Source: Syntrophorhabdaceae bacterium
GTDB taxonomy: Bacteria; Desulfobacterota; Syntrophorhabdia; Syntrophorhabdales; Syntrophorhabdaceae
Assembly: GCA_963665295.1 (NCBI GenBank)
Contig: OY762209.1
Coordinates: 3,328,001 to 3,392,000 of the forward strand
DNA length: 64,000 nt
Direction: 5' to 3'
Shown: piece by piece, positions 12,501-22,069 of the stretch
Position numbering within the stretch: the stretch's first letter is position 1
Layout of the letters: each line of letters starts with the position of its first letter
The notes under the pieces: generated by a model
What the model was told of the DNA's origin: nothing
Databases searched by the model: none
What the model saw: the letters and a program-made list of their open reading frames with translations, nothing else
Made by a program: the position numbers and the translations under genes

Positions 12501-12672
12501 GAAGATCAGACCCGATATGGCGGTGATCCTTTGCACCGGCCACAGCGATGCAGTCTCGGCTGAGACGGCGGAGGCCGAAGGGATAGGGGCATTTCTCATG
12601 AAGCCTCTTAGGAAACATGAAATGGGGCGGACGGTGCGCAGGGTTCTGGATGGCCGGTCCGGGGTGCGGTAA
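9562..12672 (+). CDS. Hybrid sensor histidine kinase (MASE3, PAS x2, HisKA, HATPase, REC)
   Basis: YLLFHNVAEFFSI/DFMHTL MASE3 motifs; QKMEAIGTLAGGIAHDFNN; FFTTK..GKGTGMGL; receiver DQTMP. Start uncertain (GTG 9562 or ATG 9610). Confidence 0.9.
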   Translation: MEKNDLNDRNDGGKDVMRSALRRSSPRAILAATIIASPLPFLVVLILPSRFHHVVDRVLYLLFHNVAEFFSIMVSLSIFGVGWYTYKQSRDRHALFLSSAFLAIGLMDFMHTLANAAMPAFVTANSSNKSTQFWIVARLISAASFLVSAFIYQGAHTGRLKRVMLSRTVLMAGALGIPLVLFAGITFFPSFVPNTYIPGVGLTSFKVYSEYLVVLLLCVAAAAYWRRMVRTNDGSLMYYVAAFVICAFGELVFAAYKTVFDTYNVLGHVYKIVAFFLIYKGMFIASVRNPYMTLATLNSRLDEEVRERKVAQAALQRLLADLEVKVTERTEELTRANRLLQEEIVERERAQTSLRESERRWATTLASIGDGVIATDRDGYITFMNGVAEKLTGWISRDAVSKPVMKVFNIISEETREAVSNPVVRVLMDGLVVGLANHTILVRRDGAEIPIDDSGAPIRDGNGNITGVVLVFRDIVERRRAEEALHKAYGELEHRVEERTAELRDLNWALEEGIRDRERLFGELDEQRARLEAIIATMPAALFITDDRGGLRFANDAAKKLWGGVAPMVAGCEEYGVYKGRWADTGRQLGAFDWNASRALTRGETSLGERIEIERFDGSTGTALFSAAPIRNAEGAILGAVTIALDITEQRQIEERLRQAQKMEAIGTLAGGIAHDFNNILGGIIGFAEMVLDDVPPDTPAYHQLQLVLDSGLRGRDLVKQILAFSRKTEHKREILSLAPLVTETVRLLRASLPATIRISVNVSATSDMVFANASEIQQIAMNLCTNAAHAMGENGGELTISLGDADGVPTSVVEEPFPGGYVELVVKDTGTGIDAGVIKRIFEPFFTTKGIGKGTGMGLAVVYGIVKSLDGHVAVESEPGVGSTFRVFLPKMKADARPPAKEVEDLPGGTERILFVDDEILLREWGKAVLERLGYTVTVASDGLEALKIFSEDPFNFDLVFTDQTMPRITGHNLAREIRKIRPDMAVILCTGHSDAVSAETAEAEGIGAFLMKPLRKHEMGRTVRRVLDGRSGVR

Positions 12673-12747
12673 CGCTCCCCGTATGCCGACAGGCCCCGGA
12701 AAGGCTTTTGTGCGGGGATGACATGGAATGTATGTACCCTGATGAAG

Positions 12748-12775
12748 AGAGGGGCGGCTCGAAAGCCGCCCCTCT
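12748..12775. terminator. Hairpin between convergent genes (likely bidirectional terminator)
   Basis: AGAGGGGCGGCT-cgaa-AGCCGCCCCTCT perfect 12-bp stem. Confidence 0.6.
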
Positions 12776-12803
12776 GTATGAATATCTCTGTGTAGATCAC
12801 TCG

Positions 12804-14411
12804 TTACTGCTTGTCTCCCCACTTGCCGTATTTCTCTCTGAGAATCCTGTGGAGGATTTTGCCGGTAGGTGTTTTCGGCATCTCTTCGTCTTTGATGAAG
12901 GCGACATTCTTCGGGACCTTGAAGCCGGCTATCTTGCCTTTGCAGAAGGCTGAAATCTCTTCCGGTGTGGCGGTCTGTCCTTCGTGGAGGACGATAACGG
13001 CCTGCACCGTCTCGCCCCATTTCTCGTGAGGCACGCCGATGACTGCCACGTCTTTTACCTTGGGATGGGCGCCTAAGCAATTCTCAACCTCGGAAGGAAA
13101 GATATTTTCGCCGCCGGAGATAATCATGTTTGCCTTTCTGTCAACAAGGAAAAGATACCCTTCCTCATCCTTGTACCCCATGTCGCCTGCGCTGAAATAC
13201 TGTCCCTTCAGAGCAGCGGCTGTCTTTTCCTCATCTTTCCAATACCCGGTGAAGAGCTGTGGGCTTCTTGAGTACACCTCACCTACCACGTTCGGCTCGG
13301 TAATGAGCTTGCCTTCTTCATCATAAAGCTCCAGGAGATCGGTGCCGATGACCTCGCGTCCGCAGGAACCGAGCTTCGTGATCTGTTCTTCGGGTTTGAG
13401 GATCGTAACGCATCCCGCTTCCGTCGAGCCATAAGCCTCGTCAAGCTTTGAATTGGGGAACATATTGAGGATGCCCAGTTTCGTGTCTTTACGCGCAGGC
13501 GCCGAGGAGATAAGCAGTTTCTTGATACTGGTGAGATCGTATTTCTTCTTTACTTCGTCGGGAAGCGAAAGAAGCATGATGTAGTGAGTCGGTACCAGGG
13601 AAGTGAAGGTTACTTTGTGCTCTGAGAATGTCTTGAGGAGGTCTTCGGAATCGAAGCTTATCATGTTGTAGCACATGACCGTTCCGCCTACCCACGTTGC
13701 CACGAAGGAATAGTTGAGAGAGTTGATATGACAACACGGCATGACGAGGAGGTTCACGTCGTCGTGGCCGAAGAAATGGTCGTGAATCATGATGAAATAC
13801 TGAGACAACAGCGACCGGTGGCTCTTCATGACGCCTTTGGGCTTGCCGGTGGTGCCGCTGGTATACATGATGATCCAGATGTCCTCAGGATCAACAACTG
13901 TGGCAGGCTCTTCCGGGCTTGCCGCAGCAAGGGCATCCTCGTAGGTTACAAAACCGTCGTATTTGGGGTTGTCGAAGCCGAAAGCCATGTAATGGGTAAC
14001 GGTGGGGATATTCTTCTTCATACCGTTGACCATGTTTACCCATGGGAATTCCTTGCCGTCCTTCTTGTCGCTGCCGCCCTGGACGATAAAGACTTTACAT
14101 TCACTGTGATTGATATTGTATTCCATTTCCGGGGCAGACAGTCTGAACATGAGGGGAACGACAACGAAGCCGCCTTTTGCTGCGGCGCCGTACACGTCCA
14201 TCCACTCCACGCAGTTGTATGCGAGGACTGCAAAGCGGTCACCCTTCTTCATACCCATATCGGCGAGTGCGTTGGCAAGCCGGCATGTTCTCTCGTTCCA
14301 CTCTTTGAACGTGAATTCCTTGTAAAGGTCCTTGGCCCCGATCTTGTTAGGCCACTTGCTGGCGTTTACCCTTAGTGTTTCTTTTGCGGTCAACCAAAAA
14401 TCTGTCTTCAT
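12804..14411 (-). CDS. Acyl/aryl-CoA ligase (AMP-binding)
   Basis: YTSGTTGKPKG, YGSTE, GD, DRK..MIISGGENI, PKTPTGKI. Confidence 0.92.
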   Translation of the reverse strand: MKTDFWLTAKETLRVNASKWPNKIGAKDLYKEFTFKEWNERTCRLANALADMGMKKGDRFAVLAYNCVEWMDVYGAAAKGGFVVVPLMFRLSAPEMEYNINHSECKVFIVQGGSDKKDGKEFPWVNMVNGMKKNIPTVTHYMAFGFDNPKYDGFVTYEDALAAASPEEPATVVDPEDIWIIMYTSGTTGKPKGVMKSHRSLLSQYFIMIHDHFFGHDDVNLLVMPCCHINSLNYSFVATWVGGTVMCYNMISFDSEDLLKTFSEHKVTFTSLVPTHYIMLLSLPDEVKKKYDLTSIKKLLISSAPARKDTKLGILNMFPNSKLDEAYGSTEAGCVTILKPEEQITKLGSCGREVIGTDLLELYDEEGKLITEPNVVGEVYSRSPQLFTGYWKDEEKTAAALKGQYFSAGDMGYKDEEGYLFLVDRKANMIISGGENIFPSEVENCLGAHPKVKDVAVIGVPHEKWGETVQAVIVLHEGQTATPEEISAFCKGKIAGFKVPKNVAFIKDEEMPKTPTGKILHRILREKYGKWGDKQ

Positions 14412-14719
14412 AAAAAGACCTCCTCCATAAGATTTGTGTTATAACCCTCGGACCACGTTTTTCGGTTGTGTGATCCAAATCAACCCCCTGCCCGGGAAAA
14501 TCCCCCTTACGGGGGATCCCCCGAAGCGTTTTGCGACCGGATTACGATCATTTTGCACTCTGCCGTTGCGGTTTGTGCTACCCCCTGTAGCCCGTTTAGC
14601 GTGTGCCTGTCCTGAACGCAACCCAGCCCTTGAAGCCCGCTTCCTGTTTGTGTTACGACACAGCCTTCCTTACCGGGCTCTCCTTTAACCCGGTGAGACG
14701 CTGTCTTTCAACCCCATAA

Positions 14720-15484
14720 TTATTCCGCGAGAAGGGCCGCTCCCAGGGCAGCGGTAATCTGGGGCTCCTCAGAGACCAGAATACTTACACCCAGTTCCGA
14801 CTCCACGGCTTTGACAAGCCCCAGGTCCTTAGCCCCTCCTCCCGTTACCGCGCAATCCATGGTGAGCCCCAAACGGGTAACGAGATTTACGATCTTGGAG
14901 GCCATGGCCCTGTGGATGCCCTGAAGTATGTCTCCTGTGGAAGCCCCCTCGGCAACACGGGATACCGCCTCCGACTCAGCGAAGACCGCACACCCTGTGG
15001 TGAATTCCACCGGTTTGACCGCGGTGAGCGAAAGGGGACCGATATCTTCTATGTTGATGTGGAGTATGCGGGAAATGACCTGGAGGAACTTGCCGCTCCC
15101 CCCGGCGCACTTCTCGTTCATCACGAAATTCGTGACTTTCCCTGCATCGTTGATCCCGATTGCCTTGCTGAACTGCGCGCCTATGTCGATTACCGTCCGC
15201 ACCGTGGGGAACAGATAATGAACCCCCGCGGCATGAGAGGAAATGTCGGTGGCGGTCTGGTCGGCAAAGTCGACCATGGCCGCCCCATAACCCGTGGCAA
15301 CCGTGCGCGAGATGGCGTTCCGGTGAATACCGGCCTTCTTGAGGGCGTGTGCAACAACCAGATTGACTGCGTCCTTGTAGTTTCCCCCTGAAGGGATAAC
15401 CGCGTGGGACTTCACTATCCGGTTCTCGCAAATAACCGCCTTGGAATAACCTGAGCCTATATCGATACCGAGTACGTAAGTCAT
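14720..15484 (-). CDS. ASKHA-type ATP-dependent activase subunit (BcrD/BzdP/HgdC-like)
   Basis: GIDIGS, IDIGAQ, NEKCAGGSG, TGCAVFAESE. Confidence 0.88.
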   Translation of the reverse strand: MTYVLGIDIGSGYSKAVICENRIVKSHAVIPSGGNYKDAVNLVVAHALKKAGIHRNAISRTVATGYGAAMVDFADQTATDISSHAAGVHYLFPTVRTVIDIGAQFSKAIGINDAGKVTNFVMNEKCAGGSGKFLQVISRILHINIEDIGPLSLTAVKPVEFTTGCAVFAESEAVSRVAEGASTGDILQGIHRAMASKIVNLVTRLGLTMDCAVTGGGAKDLGLVKAVESELGVSILVSEEPQITAALGAALLAE

Positions 15485-15541
15485 CTGAAGTCCTTAGTTG
15501 GTGTCTGGCGGAGAGCCTCCGCTATCCGCAATTCCGGGCCT

Positions 15542-16384
15542 TCACGAGAAGAATCGCGCTTCCCGTAACCCTTGCTCGCTTCTCGTGAGCGCCTGCCCGC
15601 TTTGGACGGCGTCCTCGTATGCGCCCTTCCCGATCAGTGCCGCCCCGAGGGCCCCTGTAATGAGGGGCTCGGGCGGTACCAGTAACGGAAATCCAAACTT
15701 ATCTTCCAAAGCTTTGACCAAACCGATGTTCTTTGCCCCGCCGCCCGTGACGGCCACATCCTTTTCCACCTTCAGCTTTTTCACCATCGAATAGACGCGC
15801 GTCGCCACTGCGTCATGAATGCCTGCAACCAGACTGGCAAGGGGCTCGCCATTTGCGAGTTGGTTAATCACCTCGGCTTCGGCAAAAACCGTGCAGGTGC
15901 TGCTTACGGGACTTATCCGCTGGGCGGAAAGAGAGAGTGAGCCTAGGTCACGGAGCGGAACCCCCAGGGCGTCGGCGATCACTTCGAGAAATCGTCCGGT
16001 TCCGGCGGCGCATTTATCGTTCATGACAAAGTCGGTAACTTTGCCGTTCTTTATCTTAATACCCTTACTGTCCTGGCCTCCGACGTCGATCACGGTCCTG
16101 ACCGTCGGCAGCAGGCTGCTTAGACCTTTTGCGTGGCACGTAATCTCAGTAACCTGTCTGTCCGCGAAGGGAACGTTGATTCTGCCGTATCCCGTCGCGA
16201 TAACGTAGCTCAAGTCCTCAAATCTGAGCCCGGCCTGACCGAGGGCTTCCTCCATCACTTTGTTGGCGAGTTTCCGGTGTTCGGGCCCTGTCGGCCCTAT
16301 GAGCGAGGCTTCCAGGTGATCACTTATGATGATCACCTTGGTCATGGTTGAGCCGATGTCTATGCCGGCGAAATAGTGTTTCAT
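15542..16384 (-). CDS. ASKHA-type ATP-dependent activase subunit (BcrA/BzdQ/HgdC-like)
   Basis: GIDIGSTMTK, TGYGR, EITCHA, DVGGQDSK, MNDKCAAGTG, STCTVFAE. Confidence 0.9.
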   Translation of the reverse strand: MKHYFAGIDIGSTMTKVIIISDHLEASLIGPTGPEHRKLANKVMEEALGQAGLRFEDLSYVIATGYGRINVPFADRQVTEITCHAKGLSSLLPTVRTVIDVGGQDSKGIKIKNGKVTDFVMNDKCAAGTGRFLEVIADALGVPLRDLGSLSLSAQRISPVSSTCTVFAEAEVINQLANGEPLASLVAGIHDAVATRVYSMVKKLKVEKDVAVTGGGAKNIGLVKALEDKFGFPLLVPPEPLITGALGAALIGKGAYEDAVQSGQALTRSEQGLREARFFS

Positions 16385-16421
16385 TAGTCTTGCTCCTGTG
16401 CTCTATCAGGGCCCTGGGACC

Positions 16422-17756
16422 TTAGCCCCGTTTTTTCTTATAAGCTTCCAACGTCTCTATAAAGGCATCGATCCTGTTGTGGGTGTCCGCCTCGTTGTAA
16501 GAGCTGATATCGACAATATCGCCTTCCATGATCAAAACGGGTATTTCGCCGTATATCCTCTTGAGGACCGCTGCCTGCTGCATGATGCCCGCATGCCAGC
16601 TCCTGCAGGAGAACGCGGAATGGAATACCACGCCGTCGAGTTTGTAATCGTTGATATATTCAATTATACGCTCCACCTTGGGAGAGGACCCCGGCCGGTT
16701 TCGCGCCTTGTCATACCAGTGTGTCCAGAATCTTACCCACCGCCATGCGATGCGCTCAAGGGGATCGTTTGTCTTGGGAATGTCAAGGCGCCCGATCTTC
16801 TCGGCGTTACGGTAGGTTATTTCCGCGGGGAACACGGCGCCGTGGTCGTTGAAGTACTGGAAGTCTCCAAGGGCAAACCACGAGGGGAGTCCCGCACCCC
16901 AGAGAACACGGTACTTCTCGTTTGCAACCACGCCCTGCTTGTTTTCGTTCTTGAGTTTCAGTTCGTCATAGAGGTCTTTGTAGAAGTCGTACGCCTCCTG
17001 GGTGGCGAGGTTGAACGTGACCGGCACCATGGTGTTCATGGCGTCACCCGTGTCCATAGGGGTCGGTATCGCCTTGCGGAGTTCATATGCATCGATGAAC
17101 ATGTCCCAGGTCCGCTCCGTTAGGTCCACGAGAGCCGAAAGTTTGTCCCAGTCCATCTTCCTGCCCGTATGTTTCTCACAGAAACGGACAAGTTCGAGGA
17201 GTTCAGCCCTGCAATACTTTACGTAAATCGCTTCCTGCTCGTGGAAGTTGACGTTCGGGTCCCACTGGGGATAGTACATGTTTCCCACGAAAACGGGAAC
17301 GTCCTGGAGGTAGTGTTGGGTTGCCTGAGGCCATTTGAACCGGGGATCGCACAACTGCTGGGCGCTCCCTATAATCATGTCGGGCCGTGCCATACCGCCC
17401 CAGGGAGCTCCCGGAGGGGTGGCGCCTTCCAGTTCTTCGCGCCACATATCGAAGCCTATGGTACAGGTGGCGTACGTACAGAGGGAGCGTGAAAAGTTCT
17501 CTGCTTCCGCCTTCTGCAGGTACTTCTCTGCATCACGTTTTGCCGCGCACACGCCCGCAAAGCTTTCGCCCCAGGCCGGCACTATGTCCATGGCCCGCAT
17601 GACTTCATCCTGACCGTCGTTTATGTAGGCATACGCTACTGTTTTTCCTTCCTCTTTCGCCTTTAATGTAACCGATAAATTCCCGCGTACAAACTTTGCA
17701 ATGCTTGCTGCTGCTTTTGTTGCGAGCGATCTTGGTTGTTTTTTCTCTTCAGCCAT
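16422..17756 (-). CDS. 2-hydroxyacyl-CoA dehydratase / benzoyl-CoA reductase catalytic subunit (BcrB/BzdO/HgdA-like)
   Basis: FSRSLCTY, GGMARPD...CD, DGVVFH..SCR, EGD.VD....RIDAFIE. Confidence 0.85.
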   Translation of the reverse strand: MAEEKKQPRSLATKAAASIAKFVRGNLSVTLKAKEEGKTVAYAYINDGQDEVMRAMDIVPAWGESFAGVCAAKRDAEKYLQKAEAENFSRSLCTYATCTIGFDMWREELEGATPPGAPWGGMARPDMIIGSAQQLCDPRFKWPQATQHYLQDVPVFVGNMYYPQWDPNVNFHEQEAIYVKYCRAELLELVRFCEKHTGRKMDWDKLSALVDLTERTWDMFIDAYELRKAIPTPMDTGDAMNTMVPVTFNLATQEAYDFYKDLYDELKLKNENKQGVVANEKYRVLWGAGLPSWFALGDFQYFNDHGAVFPAEITYRNAEKIGRLDIPKTNDPLERIAWRWVRFWTHWYDKARNRPGSSPKVERIIEYINDYKLDGVVFHSAFSCRSWHAGIMQQAAVLKRIYGEIPVLIMEGDIVDISSYNEADTHNRIDAFIETLEAYKKKRG

Positions 17757-17769
17757 GTCATTATCCTCC

Positions 17770-18927
17770 CTATGCGATCATTTCCAGGAAAGCTTCAATC
17801 CTGGTTTTCATCCGGGCCAGAGTGGAGGTGGAATATTCATCCTCCAGATAGAGCACCGATGCTCCTTGAGATTCGACGAAAGTCTTGATCGCCGGAACTT
17901 CGAAGCCGTAGGGGTCGCAGTATTTGTAGATGAAGAGAATGACGCCGTCTACCTTGAAGTCTCCTATGTAATTTTTCAAATGGCCGTACCGTGATTCCAG
18001 GATTTCCTGGTACGTGTCGCCCGCGCCTACGAAGGTCGTGGGTATCTTCAGTTTTGTGAGGTATCTCTCCGCGATGCCCTGGACAGGGTCGGGTGTTGCA
18101 TCGACATCATTCCAGTACATTTTGCTTCCAATCGATATGTCATCCATAACGAGATATGCGCCCGTGCCCTCGATTGTCTGGATGACCGCCAGATCGTCGA
18201 TCTGGTCGCCCAGGAGCATAATCCGTTTCCCTTTTGCGCCTGCAGGTGCGGGTCTCGCTTTTACCTCTTCCGTGACGCTCCGGATGAGAGCACTTGACTC
18301 GTCAACGGGGAGACTCATGGCGGCCACGAGGACCTCCATCATCTCGGAACCCGAGATAAGGGGTGGATTTGACTGTCTCAAAGCATAAAGGTCTCTCATG
18401 AGACGCCTGTTCTCATTGTGGGCCTTCACCGCCTCTGTGATCATCGCATCCGTTATCTTTTTGCCGGTAAATTTTTCCAAAGTGCCGATGAATATCCGGA
18501 GAATGTCTTTCATGAACTCTACCGAAGGCGCATCGGTGACGTGAGGTACGTTCAGGAAGTGCCAATACGGCAACTTCAAGGTGTCGGCCCACACATCATC
18601 GGTTCTGTCGATGCTGTCACATTGGTGAGGCAGCACCATGCCGTCAAGGAAGTCATATTTTCCCTTTACGGCTGCATCGAAGACGTTACGCACAAAGGGA
18701 CAGACTATGGTTTCCATATAGGCGTCGCCTTTTGTGATGGCTTCAGACACATTGCCCTTCAAACGAAGAGGCACTATACCCGCAGCCGTAATGATCTCCA
18801 CCGGACCCAGGGCGGTCAGATAGCCGATCACCTGTTTCCCGGAGGCTTTCAACTCCCGTGCCCTTGATCCGTAATCCGTGTAGTACTTCTTGGCCTTTGC
18901 TAAACCGCTTTCCGCTTGTTGTGTCAT
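17770..18927 (-). CDS. 2-hydroxyacyl-CoA dehydratase / benzoyl-CoA reductase catalytic subunit (BcrC/BzdN/HgdB-like)
   Basis: PVEIITAAG, CPFVRN, HQCD, YKYCDP, KTRIEAFLEM. Confidence 0.85.
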   Translation of the reverse strand: MTQQAESGLAKAKKYYTDYGSRARELKASGKQVIGYLTALGPVEIITAAGIVPLRLKGNVSEAITKGDAYMETIVCPFVRNVFDAAVKGKYDFLDGMVLPHQCDSIDRTDDVWADTLKLPYWHFLNVPHVTDAPSVEFMKDILRIFIGTLEKFTGKKITDAMITEAVKAHNENRRLMRDLYALRQSNPPLISGSEMMEVLVAAMSLPVDESSALIRSVTEEVKARPAPAGAKGKRIMLLGDQIDDLAVIQTIEGTGAYLVMDDISIGSKMYWNDVDATPDPVQGIAERYLTKLKIPTTFVGAGDTYQEILESRYGHLKNYIGDFKVDGVILFIYKYCDPYGFEVPAIKTFVESQGASVLYLEDEYSTSTLARMKTRIEAFLEMIA

Positions 18928-19007
18928 GGTTAACTCCCCTTATGTACCCCCAGATTCATAACTGATGATTGGGGGGTAATGTGATGCGTATTGCCGCGCC
19001 CAAAGAA

Positions 19008-19074
19008 GTTTTGTGTAGAAAACACTGTTTTATACCCGAAAACAATCTTACTTAAGGAGGGATAAGTTTGTCAA
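19008..19074 (-). promoter_or_regulatory. sigma70 promoter of the reductase/dehydratase operon with downstream tandem operator
   Basis: Minus-strand TTGACA (19069-74), 18 nt, TAAGAT (19045-50); GTTTT-N-AAAAC boxes at 19008-19023 and 19027-19043. Confidence 0.6.
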
Positions 19075-19337
19075 CAAAAATCTGCGCGAAAAATGTAAAA
19101 AAACACGGCAATAATTATTTTGTCAAAAAGAATTCGGCGAAAGCGAAAAACCATGTTTTATAACAGAAAAGGGGTCATGATTCCAGTTTTTTTCAGAGAC
19201 CGTAATGTTTTAAAAAAAGGATGATTGAGTACACGAAAAACTTGGCGATGGGCGACAATAGGCGTTTATGAAAAATGGTCTGTATACGAAAGGTCCGGAC
19301 CCCTGCTCCGGGGAGCCGTTCGGGTTATTTTTTTCTG

Positions 19338-19403
19338 TTGACAAACAAAAATCGTTCCGATAGTATCATTTTGATATACAAAACATAGTTTACCAGACAA
19401 AAC
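19338..19403 (+). promoter_or_regulatory. sigma70 promoter of iorAB with downstream tandem operator
   Basis: TTGACA (19338-43), 17 nt, TAGTAT (19361-66); palindrome TTTTGATATACAAAA at 19369-83 followed by GTTTACCAGACAAAAC. Confidence 0.65.
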
Positions 19404-19625
19404 CATGGAGGCGGTGGGGGCCAATGCTTTTCCTCCATGAGGGGGCAGATCCATCCCTGGAATAGGAACGTATTTATTACGGTCGGGCTCAGGAATTCGG
19501 CACCGGGGGTTTGCCGATTCCTGATTCCGGGGAGGAAATAGAACTGGATGAAAGGAGGGTGATTCTCAGTTTCAGGGGACGGGAAGACAGTGCTTTTAAG
19601 AGGTTCTAAGCCGAAAGGAGGAAGG

Positions 19626-21446
19626 ATGAAGAAAATAATGCAGGGGAATGAGGCAATTGCCAGGGGAGCCTGGGAGGCCGGCGTGAATGCGGCCTGTGCC
19701 TATCCCGGAACGCCGAGCAGTGAGATTCTTGCAGAGATCAAAGATTACAAGGAGATTTACACGGAATGGTCCACTAACGAGAAGGTGGCTTTGGAAGTTG
19801 CCCACGGCGCCTCTCTTGCGGGAGGAAGGGCGATGGCGTGCATGAAGCATGTCGGACTCAACGTCGCCTCCGACCCCCTTATGACCATTTCCTACACGGG
19901 CGTGAAAGGCGGGCTTGTCGTGGTGGTAGCAGATGACCCCGGTCAGCACAGTTCACAGAATGAACAGGATAGCCGTCACTGGACCCGCTTTGGGAAAGTG
20001 CCCATGCTCGAGCCGGCGGACGCTCAGGAATGCAAGGATTTTACGAAGATCGCCTTTGATATCAGCGAGAAATTCGACACTCCCGTATTGCTTCGGAGCG
20101 AAACGCGAGTATCCCATTGCGATTCTCCGGTGAAAGAGGAAGAGAGAAAGGAGTCGACCATTCCCAAAGGACTTTCCCGCGAGGAGACGCCGAGACATGT
20201 TATGGTGCCCATGTATTCGAGGGTCAGCCGCGTCAAGGTGGAAGAGAGAATCGGAAAGCTGTCCGACTATAATGATACGGAATTCCCATACAACTCGATG
20301 GAGATCAACGATCCCTCGATCGGATTTATCTCGTCCGGCGCCTCGTATCTGTACACTAAAGAAGTTTTTCCGGAGTACTCGTTCCTGAAGTTGGGGATGA
20401 TCTGGCCGCTTCCGAAAAAGATGATTGCCGACTTCTTCAAGAAGGTGAAAAAGGTGGTGATCGTGGAAGAGCTTGACCCCTTCTTTGAAACAGAGATCAA
20501 GGCCATGGGTTTTAAGATATGGCATGGCAAAGACCTCCTGCCGAGTGTAAGCGAGTTGTCACCGAGCATCATCGAGAAATCGCTCAAGAAGGCGGTGCAG
20601 GGTGTGGCCTATAAGGAGCCCAAGGTAAGGGTAAAACAGGAGGACCTTCCCAGGAGACCGCCGAACCTTTGCGCAGGCTGCTCACACAGACCGCTTTTTT
20701 ATGCCCTTAAGAAACTGGGCGTTTTCGTTTTTGGAGACATCGGCTGTTATTCACTGGCTGTTGCGCCGCCCCTGTCGGCCATGCATGCGTCGACGTGTAT
20801 GGGCGCCGGTGTAGGAGGAGCTTACGGTGCGGGCAAGATTCTCGGCAAAGAAGGGCTCGGCAAGATATGCTGTGTCCTGGGCGATTCGACGTTCCTCCAT
20901 TCGGGACTTACCCCTCTTATGGATGCCGTATATAACAAGGGATACTCCACCACCATCATTCTCGACAATAGGATCACCGCAATGACGGGTCAGCAGGAGC
21001 ATCCGGGAACAGGGTTTACTATTCGGGGTGAGCCCACATCCATGGTGGACTACGAACAGTTGGTGAAAGCTGCGGGGGTGAAACATATAAGAAAGGTCAA
21101 CCCCTATGACATTAAAGAGACCATGGCCATAATCAAAGAGGAAATGTCAAGGGACGACGCGTCGGTCATCATCACGGAGAACAGCCCCTGCATGATGCTG
21201 CGCAGGGCCAACCCCCTGGAGAAATTCGAGAACCCCTTCTACGTGGTCAATAGCGACAAGTGCCGCGGCTGCAAGGTCTGTCTCGAAATCGGCTGCCCTG
21301 CCATAAGCTGGCAGGAAGGTGCGGGCACCACAGCGGACGGCCACAAGCGGAAAGGGACTGTTTATATTAACGTGGACCAGTGCGTCGGTTGCGGAGTATG
21401 CACCGAGGTATGTAAATTCGAGTCCATTCAGCCGGGCACGAAGTGA
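19626..21446 (+). CDS. iorA: Indolepyruvate/arylpyruvate:ferredoxin oxidoreductase alpha subunit
   Basis: GNEAIARGA, YPGTPSSE, KHVGLNVA.D, SSQNEQD, LCAGCSHR, GDIGCY, two C-terminal 4Fe-4S motifs. Confidence 0.95.
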   Translation: MKKIMQGNEAIARGAWEAGVNAACAYPGTPSSEILAEIKDYKEIYTEWSTNEKVALEVAHGASLAGGRAMACMKHVGLNVASDPLMTISYTGVKGGLVVVVADDPGQHSSQNEQDSRHWTRFGKVPMLEPADAQECKDFTKIAFDISEKFDTPVLLRSETRVSHCDSPVKEEERKESTIPKGLSREETPRHVMVPMYSRVSRVKVEERIGKLSDYNDTEFPYNSMEINDPSIGFISSGASYLYTKEVFPEYSFLKLGMIWPLPKKMIADFFKKVKKVVIVEELDPFFETEIKAMGFKIWHGKDLLPSVSELSPSIIEKSLKKAVQGVAYKEPKVRVKQEDLPRRPPNLCAGCSHRPLFYALKKLGVFVFGDIGCYSLAVAPPLSAMHASTCMGAGVGGAYGAGKILGKEGLGKICCVLGDSTFLHSGLTPLMDAVYNKGYSTTIILDNRITAMTGQQEHPGTGFTIRGEPTSMVDYEQLVKAAGVKHIRKVNPYDIKETMAIIKEEMSRDDASVIITENSPCMMLRRANPLEKFENPFYVVNSDKCRGCKVCLEIGCPAISWQEGAGTTADGHKRKGTVYINVDQCVGCGVCTEVCKFESIQPGTK

Positions 21447-21451
21447 GGTGG

Positions 21452-22048
21452 ATGATGACAGATAATAATAAAGTAACCAATATATTTCTCTCCGGCGTAG
21501 GCGGCCAGGGTACGATTCTCGCCAGTAATATCCTCGCTGAGGTTTTTCTGAAGGCAGGGTACGATGTGAAAAAGAGTGAAGTCCACGGCATGGCCCAGAG
21601 AGGCGGGGACGTAACCACCCACTTCAGGTTCGGCAAGAAGGTATACTCGCCCCTCATCAAGTACGGCGATGTCGACTTTCTCCTCTCCTTCGAGCTTCTG
21701 GAAGCCCTGAGATACATCAACTGGGTAAAGCCGGAAGGCAAGATCATCATCAACAGGCAGGAGATCTATCCTCCCGGCGTAAACCTGGGAACGGCGAAGT
21801 ATCCTGACGATGTGGAAAAGACATTCAAGAAGTTTTTTAAGGAAAACGTTACTGTCCTGAACGGACAGGAAATGGCGCGGAAGCTCGGGAATACCCAGGC
21901 TGCAAACGTCATTCTTGTAGGCGCCTTTTCGAACTTCTTCCCCGAAATCAAGGAAGAACAGTTCATCGATGCCATCAAGACGCTTATGAAACCGAAGCTT
22001 CACGAACTGAACATAAAAGCATTTTATGAAGGAAGGGCGGCCCTCTGA
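21452..22048 (+). CDS. iorB: Indolepyruvate:ferredoxin oxidoreductase beta subunit
   Basis: GVGGQGTIL, SEVHGMAQRGG, N..AF..G. Confidence 0.95.
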   Translation: MMTDNNKVTNIFLSGVGGQGTILASNILAEVFLKAGYDVKKSEVHGMAQRGGDVTTHFRFGKKVYSPLIKYGDVDFLLSFELLEALRYINWVKPEGKIIINRQEIYPPGVNLGTAKYPDDVEKTFKKFFKENVTVLNGQEMARKLGNTQAANVILVGAFSNFFPEIKEEQFIDAIKTLMKPKLHELNIKAFYEGRAAL

Positions 22049-22069
22049 AAAGGGGCGGCCGGATTTCCC

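Noticed and set aside
11674..13080. 468-aa minus-strand ORF and other long antisense ORFs (e.g. 696-1502, 2711-3886, 5966-6937)
   Set aside because: Shadow frames of well-supported genes, with no recognisable motifs.
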